Positions 13,390 to 24,439 of a DNA stretch of 64,000 bases are shown one piece after another (the stretch's first letter is position 1; the number at the start of each line of letters is the position of its first letter). This stretch comes from Ranitomeya imitator (Eukaryota), in NCBI RefSeq assembly GCF_032444005.1, contig NC_091286.1, positions 460,598,001 through 460,662,000 on the forward strand, read 5' to 3'. The notes under the pieces are model-generated. The model did not search any database. It was given only the letters and a program-made list of their open reading frames with translations, and was not told the DNA's origin. Both the position numbers and the translations under genes were made by a program.

Positions 13390-14438
13390 TTATATTCTAG
13401 GTTCTTCAAAGTAGCCACCTATTGCTTTGATGACTGCTTTGCACACTCTTGGCATTCTCTTGATGAGCTTCAAGAGGTAGTCACTGGAAATGGTCTTCCA
13501 ACAATCTTGAAGGAGTTGCCAGAGATGCTTAGCACTTGTTGGCCCTTTTGCCTTCACTCTGCGGTCCACCTCACCCCAAACCATCTCGATTGGGTTCAGG
13601 TTTGGTGACTGTGGAGGCCAGGTCATCTGGCTTAGCACCCCATCACTCTCCTTCTTGGTCAAATAGCCCTTACACAGCCTGGAGGTGTGTTTGGGGTAAT
13701 TGTCCTGTTGAAAAATAAATGATGGTCCAACTAAACGCAAACCGGATAGAGTAGCATGCAGCTGCAAGATGCTGTGGTAGCCATGCTGGTTCAGTATGCC
13801 TTCAATTTTGAATAAATCCCCAACAGTGTCACCAGAAAAGCCCCCCACACCATCACACCTCATACTCCATGCTTCACAGTGGGAACCAGGCATGTAGAGT
13901 CCATCCGTTCACCTTTTCTGCATCGCACAAAGACACGGTGGTTGGAACCAAAGATCTCAAATTTTGACTCATCAGACCAAAGCACAGATTTCCACTGGTC
14001 TAATGTCCATTCCTTGTGTTCTTTAGCGCAAACAAGTCTCTTCTGCTTGTTGCCTGTCCTTAGCAGTGGTTTCCTAGCAGCTATTTTACCATGAAGGCCT
14101 GCTGTACAAAGTCTCCTCTTAACAGTTGTTGTAGAGATGTGTCTGCTGCTAGAACTCTGTGTGGCATTGACCTGGTCTCTAATCTGAGCTGCTGTTAACC
14201 TGCGATTTCTGAGGCTAGTGAATCGGATAAAATCCTCAGAAGCAGAGGTGACTCTTGGTCTTCCTTTCGTGGGGTGGTCCTCATGTGTGCCAGTTTCTTT
14301 GCAGTACTTGATGGTTTTTGCAGCTGCACTTGTTGACACTTTCAAAGTTTTCCCAATTTTTCGGACTGACTGACCTTCATTTCTTAAAGTAATGATGGCC
14401 ACTCGTTTTTCTTTACTTAGCTGCTTTTTTCTTGCCAT
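13390..14438 (-). pseudogene. Frameshifted Tc1 transposase of element C
   Basis: MARKKQLSKEKR..., GRPR, WSDESKF, QQDNYPKH and NPIEMVW, split over ORFs 13860-14438 and 13390-13893. Confidence 0.92.
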
Positions 14439-14910
14439 AATACAAATTCTAACTGTCTATTCAATAGGATTATCATCTGTGTATCCACCAGACTTCTGCT
14501 CAACACAACTGATGGTCCCAACCCCTTTTATAAGGCAAGAAATCCCACTTATTAAACCTGACAGGGCACACCTGTGAAGTGAAAACCAATTCCGATGACC
14601 TCTTGAAGCTCATCAAGAGAATGCCAAGAGTCTGCAAAGCAGTCATCAAAGCAAAAGGTGGCTACTTTGAAGAACCTAGAATATAAGACATATTTCCAGG
14701 TGTTTAACACTTTTTTGTTAAGTATATAATTCCACGTGTTAATTCATAGTTTTGATGCCTTCAATGTGAATTTACAATTTTCATAGTCATGAAAATAAAG
14801 AAAAATCTTTAAACGAGAAGGTGTGTCCAAACTTTTGGTCTGTACTGTATTTCAGAGATGTTCCCGGAAACCCCGGTGTAAGTGCTCAGCACAGAGAGTA
14901 GGATAACTGT

Positions 14911-15145
14911 GAGAAACACGAACGGAGGTATCACTTATGCACTGCTGAGATGGAATATCCTAAGGATAAAAACATTTATTGGAACAGGTTAAAAGTCTAC
15001 GCGTTTTGAGGTCACGCAGGACCTCTTCATCAGGTCAAACCTGACCTCAAAATGCGTAGACTTTTAACCTGTTCCAATAAATGTTTTTATCCTAAGGATA
15101 TTCCATCTCAGCAGCGCATAAGTGATACCTCCGTTCCTGTTTCTC
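14911..15145. repeat. Palindrome with 104-bp arms and a 27-bp spacer; inverted Penelope pLTR fragment with a decayed hammerhead at its centre
   Basis: Arms 14911-15014 and 15042-15145 differ at ~4 positions. The minus strand reads CTGATGA-A-GAGGTC-ctgcgt-GACCTC-AAAACGCGTA. Confidence 0.8.
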
Positions 15146-17340
15146 TGATTCCTGTGGTCCTGTGGGGGAACATGTGGGAGACATTCTCATTGCACGGCAC
15201 ACCCCGATCTAGAGGCATGTTAGGGAAGTCCATCATGGAAAATTGGAGTATTTTCAGTTTATGGGTATGGAAGTGGTCACACCACCAAAAAGGGGAGGGG
15301 ATTTGGGACCATCTACTTCTACAAAAGGAGGCAATATGGATTCACCATGTGAGTAGTGTGTCTCCGGATGGCCTAAATGAGCAGCTACAATTTGGTTGTT
15401 TTTTGTGATTCCACTCTGTCATATAGTGCTCTTTGGTTTGCAACCCGTGTTTCTCTGTTGGACTGTCCTGGAGGAAACCCTGTTATGTGGGCCCATTGAC
15501 CCTGATGGGTTTTGGCCCTTATTAGTATTTATACATTGGATCTGTTGTATTATTTCACCTAAAACTTAGTTACCCCCGATTAAAGAGTTGCTAAGAATCC
15601 TGTTAGGATACCCCCCAGAAAAGATTTTTAAGTGGATAATAATCCCCTGTATACAAAAAATGGTTATTTGTACAGTATATAATGATGATTTACCTGATGT
15701 TTTTGGTTGCTTCATCTATTTAACATTATGGGAAAGGTTTTTTCTTTACAAATATCCACTTATGAATCTGACTTTCCTTGGGACGCAGTACGCATGTGCG
15801 CAGCAGAACGCACTTCGTTGTCTCTCGGTATAGAGCGTATGCCCATCGTTTATGTGCGCATGCACCCGTTGGAAAGCACATGGGCTCCAAGAGTTGGGGC
15901 AGTCCACATATGAGGAACCGCAGCCTGCGTTTCACATGTGTTAGGGGATGGATGTGGCTGTGTGCGTCGGCGTCGGGTGGACCGCATCTGCATTGCAAGA
16001 ACACAGGATGCGGATGCCAGGATCTCCCCGGTGATGAAATTAGATGCTATAAATGGAGGGGTTGAAAGGAGGTTTGAAAAAATGGCGGATATCGGCTCCA
16101 GACACATGTAAATGGCATTATCTACACGCTGTGGTTCTGATGATCTTTAGACAAGATAAGTCTCCCCTTTCATGGGATTTATATACCAGTATGTTCCCCT
16201 GAGGAACCAATCTGTGGGGAAACGCATCGAGAAATGTACATATGGGCTATTTTTGTTGTTGGTCCACATGGGGTAATGGAATCCCTTTGAATGATTGTAT
16301 TCTGATATAATGAAAGGAGGGTTTAATTGGATTATCTAATCTCTCTGTAGAGTCTGTGCAGTATTAGCACCTAATTTTTTTTTTTTCTTGGGATTTCTAA
16401 CCCCCATTGTGTGTGGTATGGGAACTTGTTTTGATATATGTTCCTTTATTTGTGGTCAATGTGCAATAAAAACATGTTACCAAAAGGGATATTGCACAGT
16501 GATTGCTTATGGTGCATAGACTAGAAAATTATTTATCTTTGCACCTATATATATTGTGAGACCTGGCTAAGGTGCATTAAGAATACATTATCAAAAGAGT
16601 ATTTTCACAGGGATGACCAATGATGCAGATTCTAGGATACCAATTTTTGGGAATATAGATACAAATATGATATCTGCCTGTTCCTAAACTTTTTATGTTA
16701 TATGATTTTGGTGTTTCCCTTTGGGCCTTATTTATCTCCCTCTCTGATATATTGCACGTACCATATGGTATATCAGACGTAGGGTACCATGTCTGTCTGA
16801 TTCTACTACATTATTATTACATTGGTATTATTGTTGCAATTCTGTGCACCCTATCTAGATAGGGCTTTCTAGGGAAAGGGAGGGAGAGTCGACGTGGAAT
16901 GGGGGCGCCAATGCTCAGGTACAGGGTGCCAACCTCCACTGGTAGGAAGGGATACTATAGTAACCTATTAGTGTGAAATATTCCTCTTACTTATGTACCT
17001 ATTAGCAGATCCAAATCAGAAAAATATGGGGTGTTGATTGTATTGAAATATTTTTTATTGAGATATATTAAAGGTTATGTTTTATATGATTTGAGCACTA
17101 TTCGGTGAAAGTATGTTGCTATTTAGCAACTTAGCAAGGTGAGTGTATCTCTCCTTTTTCCTGACACCCCATTGTCATTGGATAAGACCCTATTGCACTT
17201 TTTCTTTCCCAGTTTTTTCGTATTTAGGATAAATGTGAGCAGAGCTTTACTGCAATCTTTGAGAGGCAGAATGAACAAATTAACAGCAGGTGAAGAATTA
17301 GTTTTATTTATTTTTTATGCCTTTCCTAGTGCGTTATAAG
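15146..17340 (+). mobile_element. Decayed Penelope-like element remnant (GIY-YIG C-terminus plus 3' region); right boundary approximate
   Basis: ...RGGIWDHLLLQKEAIWIHHVSSVSPDGLNEQ (to 15408) matches the PLE endonuclease C-terminus also seen at 50030-50132. There is a hammerhead remnant at 16194, and the gggtgccaacctcc motif (~16925) is shared with the PLE 3' region at 50540. Confidence 0.7.
16194..16233 (+). ncRNA. Decayed minimal type I hammerhead ribozyme motif
   Basis: ttccc-CTGAGGA-a-cca(atctg)tgg-g-GAAA-C-GC-ATC-gagaa. It has mismatches in stems I and III. Confidence 0.55.
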
Positions 17341-17778
17341 TGATCAGATGACTTTATTTTTCAGGTCATTGCGATTTACAGCGATATCAGATTTATATCC
17401 TTTTCTTATGTTTGGCTACTGTCACATACTAAATCATGCTTTTTATTGCAGCATCCCTATATTTTGAAAGCTACGGGTGCTTATCACAAAATGAGAATAT
17501 CATCAAAAAGTTAATTTATTTCAGTTCTTAAATATAAATAGTGAAACTCATGTATTATATAGAGTCATTACAGAGTGATCTATTTCAAGTGTTTATTTCT
17601 GTTAATGTTGATGATTATGGCTTACAGCCACTGAAAGCCCAAAATGCATTATCTCAGTAAATTAGAATACTTTATAACACCATCTTGAAAAATGATTTTA
17701 AAATCTGAAATGTTGGGCTACTGAATTGTATGTTCAGCAAATGCCCTCAATACTTAGTTGGGGCTCCTTTTGCATCAA

Positions 17779-18729
17779 TTACTGTGGCATGGAGGCGTTC
17801 AGCCAGTGGCACTGCTGAGGTGTTATGGAAGCCCAGGTTGCTTTGATAGCAGCCTTCAGCTCGTCTGCATTTTTAGGTCTGGTTTCTCTCATCTTCCTCC
17901 TGACAATACCCCATAGATTGTTTATAGGGTTAAGGTCAGGTGAGTTTGCTTGCCAATCAAGCACATGGATTCTGTTGTTTTTAAACCTGGTATTGGTACT
18001 TTTGGCAGTGTTGACAGGTGCCAAGTCCTGCTGGAGAATGAAATTTCCATCTCCAAAAAGCTTGTCGATAGAGGGAAGCGGGAAGTGCTCAAAAATTTCA
18101 TGGTAGACAGCTGCGCTGACTTTGATCTTGATAAAACACAGTGGAACTACACTAGCAGATGACATGGCTCCCAAAACCATCACTGATTGTGGGAGCTTCA
18201 CACGAGGCCTTGGATTGTGTGCCTTTTCACTCTTCCTCCAGACTCTGGGTCTTTGATTTCCAAATGAAATGCAAAATTTACTTTCATCTGAAAACAACAC
18301 ATTGGACCACTGAGCAACAGTCCAGTTCTTTTTCTCCTTGGCCCAGGTAAGAAGCTTCTGGCATTATCTATTGTTCATGAGTGGCTTGACACAAGGAATG
18401 CGACACCTGTAGCCCATGTCCTGGATATGTCTGTGTGTGATGGCTCTTGAATCAATGACTCCAGCTGCAGTCCAATCTTTGTGAATCTCCTCCCAATTTT
18501 TGAATGGCCTTTTCATAACAATCCTTTCAAGGCTGCGGTTATCCCGGTTGCTTGCGCACCTTTTTCTACCACACTTTTTCCTTTCACTCAACTTTCCATT
18601 AATATGCTTGGATACAGCACTCTGTGAACAGCCAGCTTCTTTAGCAATGACCTTTTGTGGCTTACCCTCCTTGTGGAGTGTGTCAATGAAAGCTTTTTGG
18701 ACATCTGGCAAGACAGCAGTCTTCCTCAT
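17779..18729 (-). pseudogene. Frameshifted Tc1 transposase of element D
   Basis: HTH ORF 18364-18729. FSDESKF, QQDLAP and DLNPINNLW lie in ORF 17779-18300. Confidence 0.9.
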
Positions 18730-18904
18730 GATTGTGGAGCCTATTGAAACAGACTAAGGGACCTTCTTAAATGCTTAAGAAGCCTTTGCAGGTGTTTTTT
18801 GTTAATTATTCTAATTTACTGAGATAATGACTTTTGGGTTTTCGTTGGCTGTAAACCATAATCAACAAAATTAACAGAAAGAAACACTTGAAATAGATCA
18901 CTAT

Positions 18905-19216
18905 TAGTGATGAGTGAATATACTCGTTACTCAAGATTTCCCGAGCATGCTCGGGGGGTCCTCCGAGTATTTTTTAGTGCTCGGAGATTTAGTTTTTATT
19001 GCCACAGCTGAATGATTTACATCTGTTAGCCAGCATAAGTACATGTGGGGATTACCTAGCAACCAGGCAACCCCCACATGTACTTATGCTGGCTAACAGA
19101 TGTAAATTATTCAGCTGTGCCAATAAAAACTAAATCTCCAAGCACTAAAAAATACTCGGAGGACCCCCGAGCGTGCTCGGGAAATCTCGACTAACGAGTA
19201 TATTCGCTCATCACTA
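18905..19216. mobile_element. hAT MITE, 312 bp, palindromic throughout
   Basis: TIRs TAGTGATGAGTGAATATACTCGTT and AACGAGTATATTCGCTCATCACTA. The 8-bp TSD is ATCACTAT/ATCATTAT. Confidence 0.92.
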
Positions 19217-19759
19217 ATCATTATGTTTGCAATGACTCTACATACTTCACTTTTTGTATTAAAGAACTGAAATAAATTAACTTTTAATGATATTCTAATT
19301 TTGTGAGAAGCACCTGTATAATTTTTCCATATTTTGACGGACAAAGTCTTGTGATTTTTTTTTTTGCAGGACGAGTTGATGTTGTTACTGGTAACATTTT
19401 CGGTCACATGACATTTTTTATGGAGGCAGAAAAACAAACAAAAAACAACAATTCGGGAATTGTTTTCTTTTTAATGCTGTTCGGCATGTGGTAAAATTGA
19501 TAAGGCACCTTTATTCTTCGGGTCAGTACGATTATAGAAATAGCAAATTTATATATTTTTTATGTTTTGCTGCTTTTACACAATTAAAACTTATTATTTT
19601 TTAACATATTTTTACATGTTTTTAAAACTTTTTTGAAACTTTTTTTTAAAATCCTTTTCTACTTAGTTCCTTTATGGGACTTTCACTTTTTTACCTTAAT
19701 TGCAAGTATAAAAAATTGCAATGCACGAGCATTGCAATGCATTATACCTATACTAAAAG

Positions 19760-20274
19760 TGTCAAGGCTCCCGGGTGTAACTACTGTTGGGAGGCTACCC
19801 ACAGCAGTAAGGGAGCCCAGGGCAGAATGGCAGAGAACTCACCGGGTAGTAAGCAGGACCTGAACCATGTGACAGAGGGGGAGTGGCCAGGGTCAGAGCT
19901 AGGCAATGGGGTGGAAAGGAGGCGAATGGTGCCGGATTGTAATCAAACGTGCCGAGGTCAATAATCAGGGGACAAACGAGGTACAGGAGGGTGAGACAGA
20001 AGGATAGTCAGGTGGAAGCCAGAGGTCAGAAGGCCAAGTAAGCAAAGCAGAGAAGCCAAGAGGATCAAACAGGCCAGATCAAGCATGGAGAGAAAACAAA
20101 CAACACAGTATGCACACACACACACCAGGGAGTCAGGCACACAGACAAAATGAAAGTATATCTGACAGAGAATCTTATTCCAGCATGGGTATAAATATCC
20201 CTCCCAGATCCAAAAGGAGGCCACAACAATTAACCCTGAATGGGCAGGGCATTAACCCTGTCCAAACCATGACA
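19760..20274 (-). repeat. 3' LTR of the decayed chromovirus
   Basis: The minus strand reads TGTCATGG...CCTTGACA, immediately after the PPT. Confidence 0.8.
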
Positions 20275-21170
20275 GTGCTTCCCTCTTAATGGGGGGCCAC
20301 TGGACCTCCAGGCTTCTCTGGATATCTGGCATGGAAGGCCTGCACCAGACGATCGGTGTGCACTGAACTGGCAGGGACCCATGACCGGTCATCAAGAGAA
20401 TACCCTTTCCAATATATCAGATACTGGAGTTTCCGGCGCACCCACCGAGAGTCAGTAATGCGCCCTGCCTCGTTCTCCAGCTAGCCCTCTACCATTACTG
20501 GCGGAGTATTGGACGAGGAATCTTCCCTAATCATCCCTACTAGCTTTAACAGGGACCTGTGGAAGACATCAAATATTTTGAAGGAGGTGGGCAGCTGTAG
20601 TCTGTAAGCCACCGGATTGACTACCTCCACAATTTTATATGGACCAATAACTTTGGGCTCAGCTTCATAAAGGGTATCTTAAGCTTGATATTATGGGTGG
20701 ATAACCACACCTTCTTCCCTACTACGCAGGACCTGGCCCCCGCCTCCTGTCTGAAAATCGTTTGTACCTTTTCTGGGCTTTAGAGATGTTTGTCTAAACC
20801 ACCCTCCAAAGAGTTCTCAAATGCTGTACCATGCATTTGGCTCCATGACAAACTTAATCCAGGCGGGAAAATTCCCCAAAATGTGGGTCAAACTCATAGT
20901 TGACGTGAAAGGGAGACTTTCCAGTGGACTGACTCACACGAGAGTTGAACGCGAATTCTGCCATGGGCAATACCTCACATCAGTCCTCCTGTCTGGAAGA
21001 GGCCAGGCATCTCAAAATTTGCTCCTAGGATTGGTTTGTACATTAAGTCTGTCCATTAGACTCAGGGTGATAGGCAGAGAAGAAAGCGTAATTCCCAGCT
21101 TCTTACAAAAACCCTCCAAAACCTGGCCACATTCACAAGCACTCCATTCAATCTAACAACATGCTGTATA

Positions 21171-21408
21171 AATAATAATCTTTATTTTTATATAGCGCTA
21201 GCATATTCCGCAGCGCTTTACAGTTTGCACACAATATCATCACTGTCCCCGTTGGGGCTCACAATCTAAATTCCCTTTCAATATGTCTTTGGAATGTGGG
21301 AGGAAACCGGAGTACCTGGAGGAAACCCACGCAAACACGGAGAGAACATACAAACTCTTTGCAGATGTTGTCCTTGGTGGGATTTGAACCCAGGACTCCA
21401 GCGCTGCA
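21171..21408 (-). mobile_element. 5'-truncated tRNA-derived SINE (V-SINE-like core, L2-type tail) inserted in the Gypsy integrase
   Basis: The minus strand has a B box (GGTTCAAATCC), the core gtttgtatgttctctccgtgtttgcgtgggtttcctcc, and the tail gtaaagcgct...aaataaagattattatt. Confidence 0.85.
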
Positions 21409-24400
21409 TAATTAAACGGGCTAAGGTTTCAACAGATGGTAATGCAGGTAGAGATACAAAGTGGGCTTGTTTGGAGAACCTATCCACCACCACCACTCAT
21501 ACCACTGAGTTGCCCCTGGAAAGAGGGAGATTTGTGATAAAATGCATGGACGAATGTGTCCATGGCCTATTCGGACTTGGCAAAGGCACAAATTCCCTGA
21601 CCGGCTGGGTATGAGAACTCTTGGAACGGGCGCACACCCCACATGCAGTCACAAACTTTTTAACATCTGATACCATAGAGGGCCACCAGAAACCACTAGA
21701 AACTGCGCCCCACGTAGCTGCAATCCCAGGATCAGCACTTAACACAGAATCGTGAAGCTCCAGCAGGAGTCTGAGACGGAACCGTTCTGGTACAAACATT
21801 TTACCGGGAGCCCGGGTTTGGGCCTCCAAATTCTCTCTCTGCAAATCGGATGAGATTTCAGCCACCACTACTTCTGGTTGAAGAATGGAGGAGGGAGGTT
21901 CTGAAGGGGACACAGAATCAAAGCTTCGTGATAAAGCATCAGCCTTAATATTTTCAGATCCCGGGCAGAATGTGATGGTAAATTAAAATCGAGAAAAAAA
22001 GCTCCTACCGAGCCTGTCTGGGGGTCAGTCTCTTGGCAGGCTCGATATATGCCAAATTTTTATGATCAGTGATAACTATAATGGGGTGGACGGTCCCCTT
22101 TAGGAAAAGCCTCCATTCTCCAAAAGCCACTTAACTGCCAACAATTCCCTATTTCCGACATCATAATTTCTCTCGGCTGGAGAGAATTTTTTAGAAAAGA
22201 AGGCGCATGGCTTCAGATTGGTGAGTGTGGAAGGTCCCTGAGACAAAACTACCAACACTCCCACCTCAGAAACATTAACCTCCACAGTAAAGGGTCTTGA
22301 TGGGTGTTGTACCAACACAGGAGCTGAAGTAAACCATTATTTTAGTGTTATGAAAGAATTTTTTGCAGCCACGGAGCAATTTATCATATCCCCCTTGAGG
22401 GTGAAGTCCGTCAAAGGCTTACCCACCTTTGAAAAACCCTTAATGAACTTCCTATAGAAGTTAGCAAAGCCCAAAAATCGCTGCAACCCCTTCAAGTCAT
22501 GAGGCTGCACCCAATCTGTAATGGCCTGGACCTTTTTAGGATCCATTCGGAATCCCTTCCTTGACACAAATAAACCCAGAAAAGACAGCATGTAAATGAT
22601 TCTCCCTGAGTCTCCTAAGAACCATATGCAGATGGTGCAAGTGGGTTTGACTGTCCACTGAGTACACTAAAATGTCATCCAGGTAGATGACCACATAACG
22701 CCCAATTAGGTCAGAGAAAATAACATTAATTACATTTTGAAAAACGGCAGGAGCGTTAGTGAGACCAAAGGGCATAACTAAGTTTTCCAACAGCCCCTTA
22801 GTCATCAGGAACGCTGTTTTCCATTCATCCCCTTCCCGGACCCTTATAAGGTTATAAGCCCCTCATAATTCGAGCTTAGAGAACCATTTGTCCCCCGTGA
22901 GTTGGTTACATAAATCGGGGATCAAGGGAAGAGGGTACGTGATTTTTATTGTAATCTTGTTCAGTTCCCGAAAGTCGAGGCACGGCCGCAAACCTCCATC
23001 TTTCTTTTTTACGAAAAAGAACCCTGCTGCCACGTGTGAAACATAAGGCCGAATATGCCCCTTGCGGAGACTCTCTGCTATTTACTCCTTCAAGGCTTGA
23101 TGCTCAGACCCGGACAAATTAAACAGGCAAGCCTTGGGTAACTGGGCTCCTGGGACTAAATCAATGGCACAATCGAAAGATCTATGTGGTGGAAGCGCCT
23201 CAGCCTCACTTTCAGAAAATACGTCTTCAAAGTCCTTCAGGTATTACGGACTACCGTCCAGACCGACAAATGACAAAAATACAGATTTTACAGGAGTGAC
23301 AAGGTACCAGGTTACAACATATACTGTTATCCTTACATCCCCACTGAGTGATCTCCCCGTCAACCAATCAATGATAGGATTATGGCATTGAAGCCAAGGT
23401 ATTCCTAGTACCATTCCAGCAGGCAAATTATCTAGAACAAAACAACTTAATTTTTCCAAATGAATAGAACCCACTTTCAGAGAAAAAACTTCAGACGTGA
23501 AACAAATTCCATCCAAATGAGAGGAGACGAATCAATAGCCACAATTTTAACAGGATCCTTAAGCCTGACTGTCCCTTTTTTATTAAGAGTCGCCACCCGG
23601 GTATCAATCAGGTTAATGGTAGAACCGCAGTCAACAAAGGCGATGGTCATCACCTGAAGCAAAATTTTAGCAAGTGAGGAAAAATGTTCCTGGTAGTCTG
23701 GGTAACTTCCCTGATCGTTACCCAGACTTGGGTGTTTCCTGACGGCTTAGCAGAAGAAGGACAGGAGAGACAGTCCCTTTTCCAATGTCCAGAGGCTCCA
23801 CTGTAAAAGCATAGTTGGTTGTCTCTGCGGTGTCTTCTCTCTCTTTCCATCATCAAGATACCCCAACCTCCATGGGCTCGGGGACGGACGCAGTGTCACA
23901 CAGGTTGGAGTAAAATGAGGTCTCCTGCTGCATCACTCCTTTAGCACAGAGCCTCCGGTCCATATGGACAACCTACGTCATGGCATTACTAATTACGAAT
24001 TACTAATCCTATAGTTGTATTGCAAATAAACACACAGCCAGAATAAAGTCTTTTATTTGAAATAAAAAACATACTTATCCATTTTTATGTAAAAACAATA
24101 AACACAGTTATACTCACCTAATGCCCATTCTATTGAAGCCCTCTCTATTCTGTCCCACACTGTAATCCATGTCTGTGGATAAATAGTTTTCCACATGGAC
24201 GGTACCAAGATGCAGCCATTCAGGCTGAGAACCACAGAGAAATGAGCTGCTGCGAGTGCAGCATTATTGACCAGCGGTGACATCATCTAGGTTGCCTCGG
24301 TCACTGAGGCTGTGTTCCTAGCGAGGCTGAATAGTGGTGACCTCTGGTGAGATCACCACTAGCACAGTGAAAAAAAGTCTAATGGTGCAGTGCTGAGCTC

Positions 24401-24439
24401 AGAGAGTTCACCGGGAGAAATTAGAAACTGGCAGGTGTG

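Larger units (their letters stand above)
10364..14847 (-). mobile_element. Tc1/mariner transposon C, interrupted in one TIR by a CR1 LINE
   Basis: TA|CCGTTCAGACCAAAAGTTTGGACACAC... ...GTGTGTCCAAACTTTTGGTCTGTACTG|TA. The left TIR resumes at ~13385 after the CR1. Confidence 0.93.
17474..19316 (-). mobile_element. Tc1/mariner transposon D (decayed) with a nested hAT MITE
   Basis: TA|CGGGTGCTTATCACAAAATGAGAATATC... ...GATATTCTAATTTTGTGAGAAGCACCTG|TA. Confidence 0.92.
19760..23960 (-). mobile_element. Decayed Gypsy chromovirus (Tf1/sushi-like); 5' LTR not found
   Basis: Minus-strand fragments include a gag knuckle (LCFYSGASGHWKRDC), PR (FVDCGS), RT (YLDDIL), RNase H ([11 protein letters not shown]), IN (VVVDRFSKQAHF) and a chromodomain (LQYLIYWKGY). 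A PPT (gagggaagcac) precedes the 3' LTR. Confidence 0.9.
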
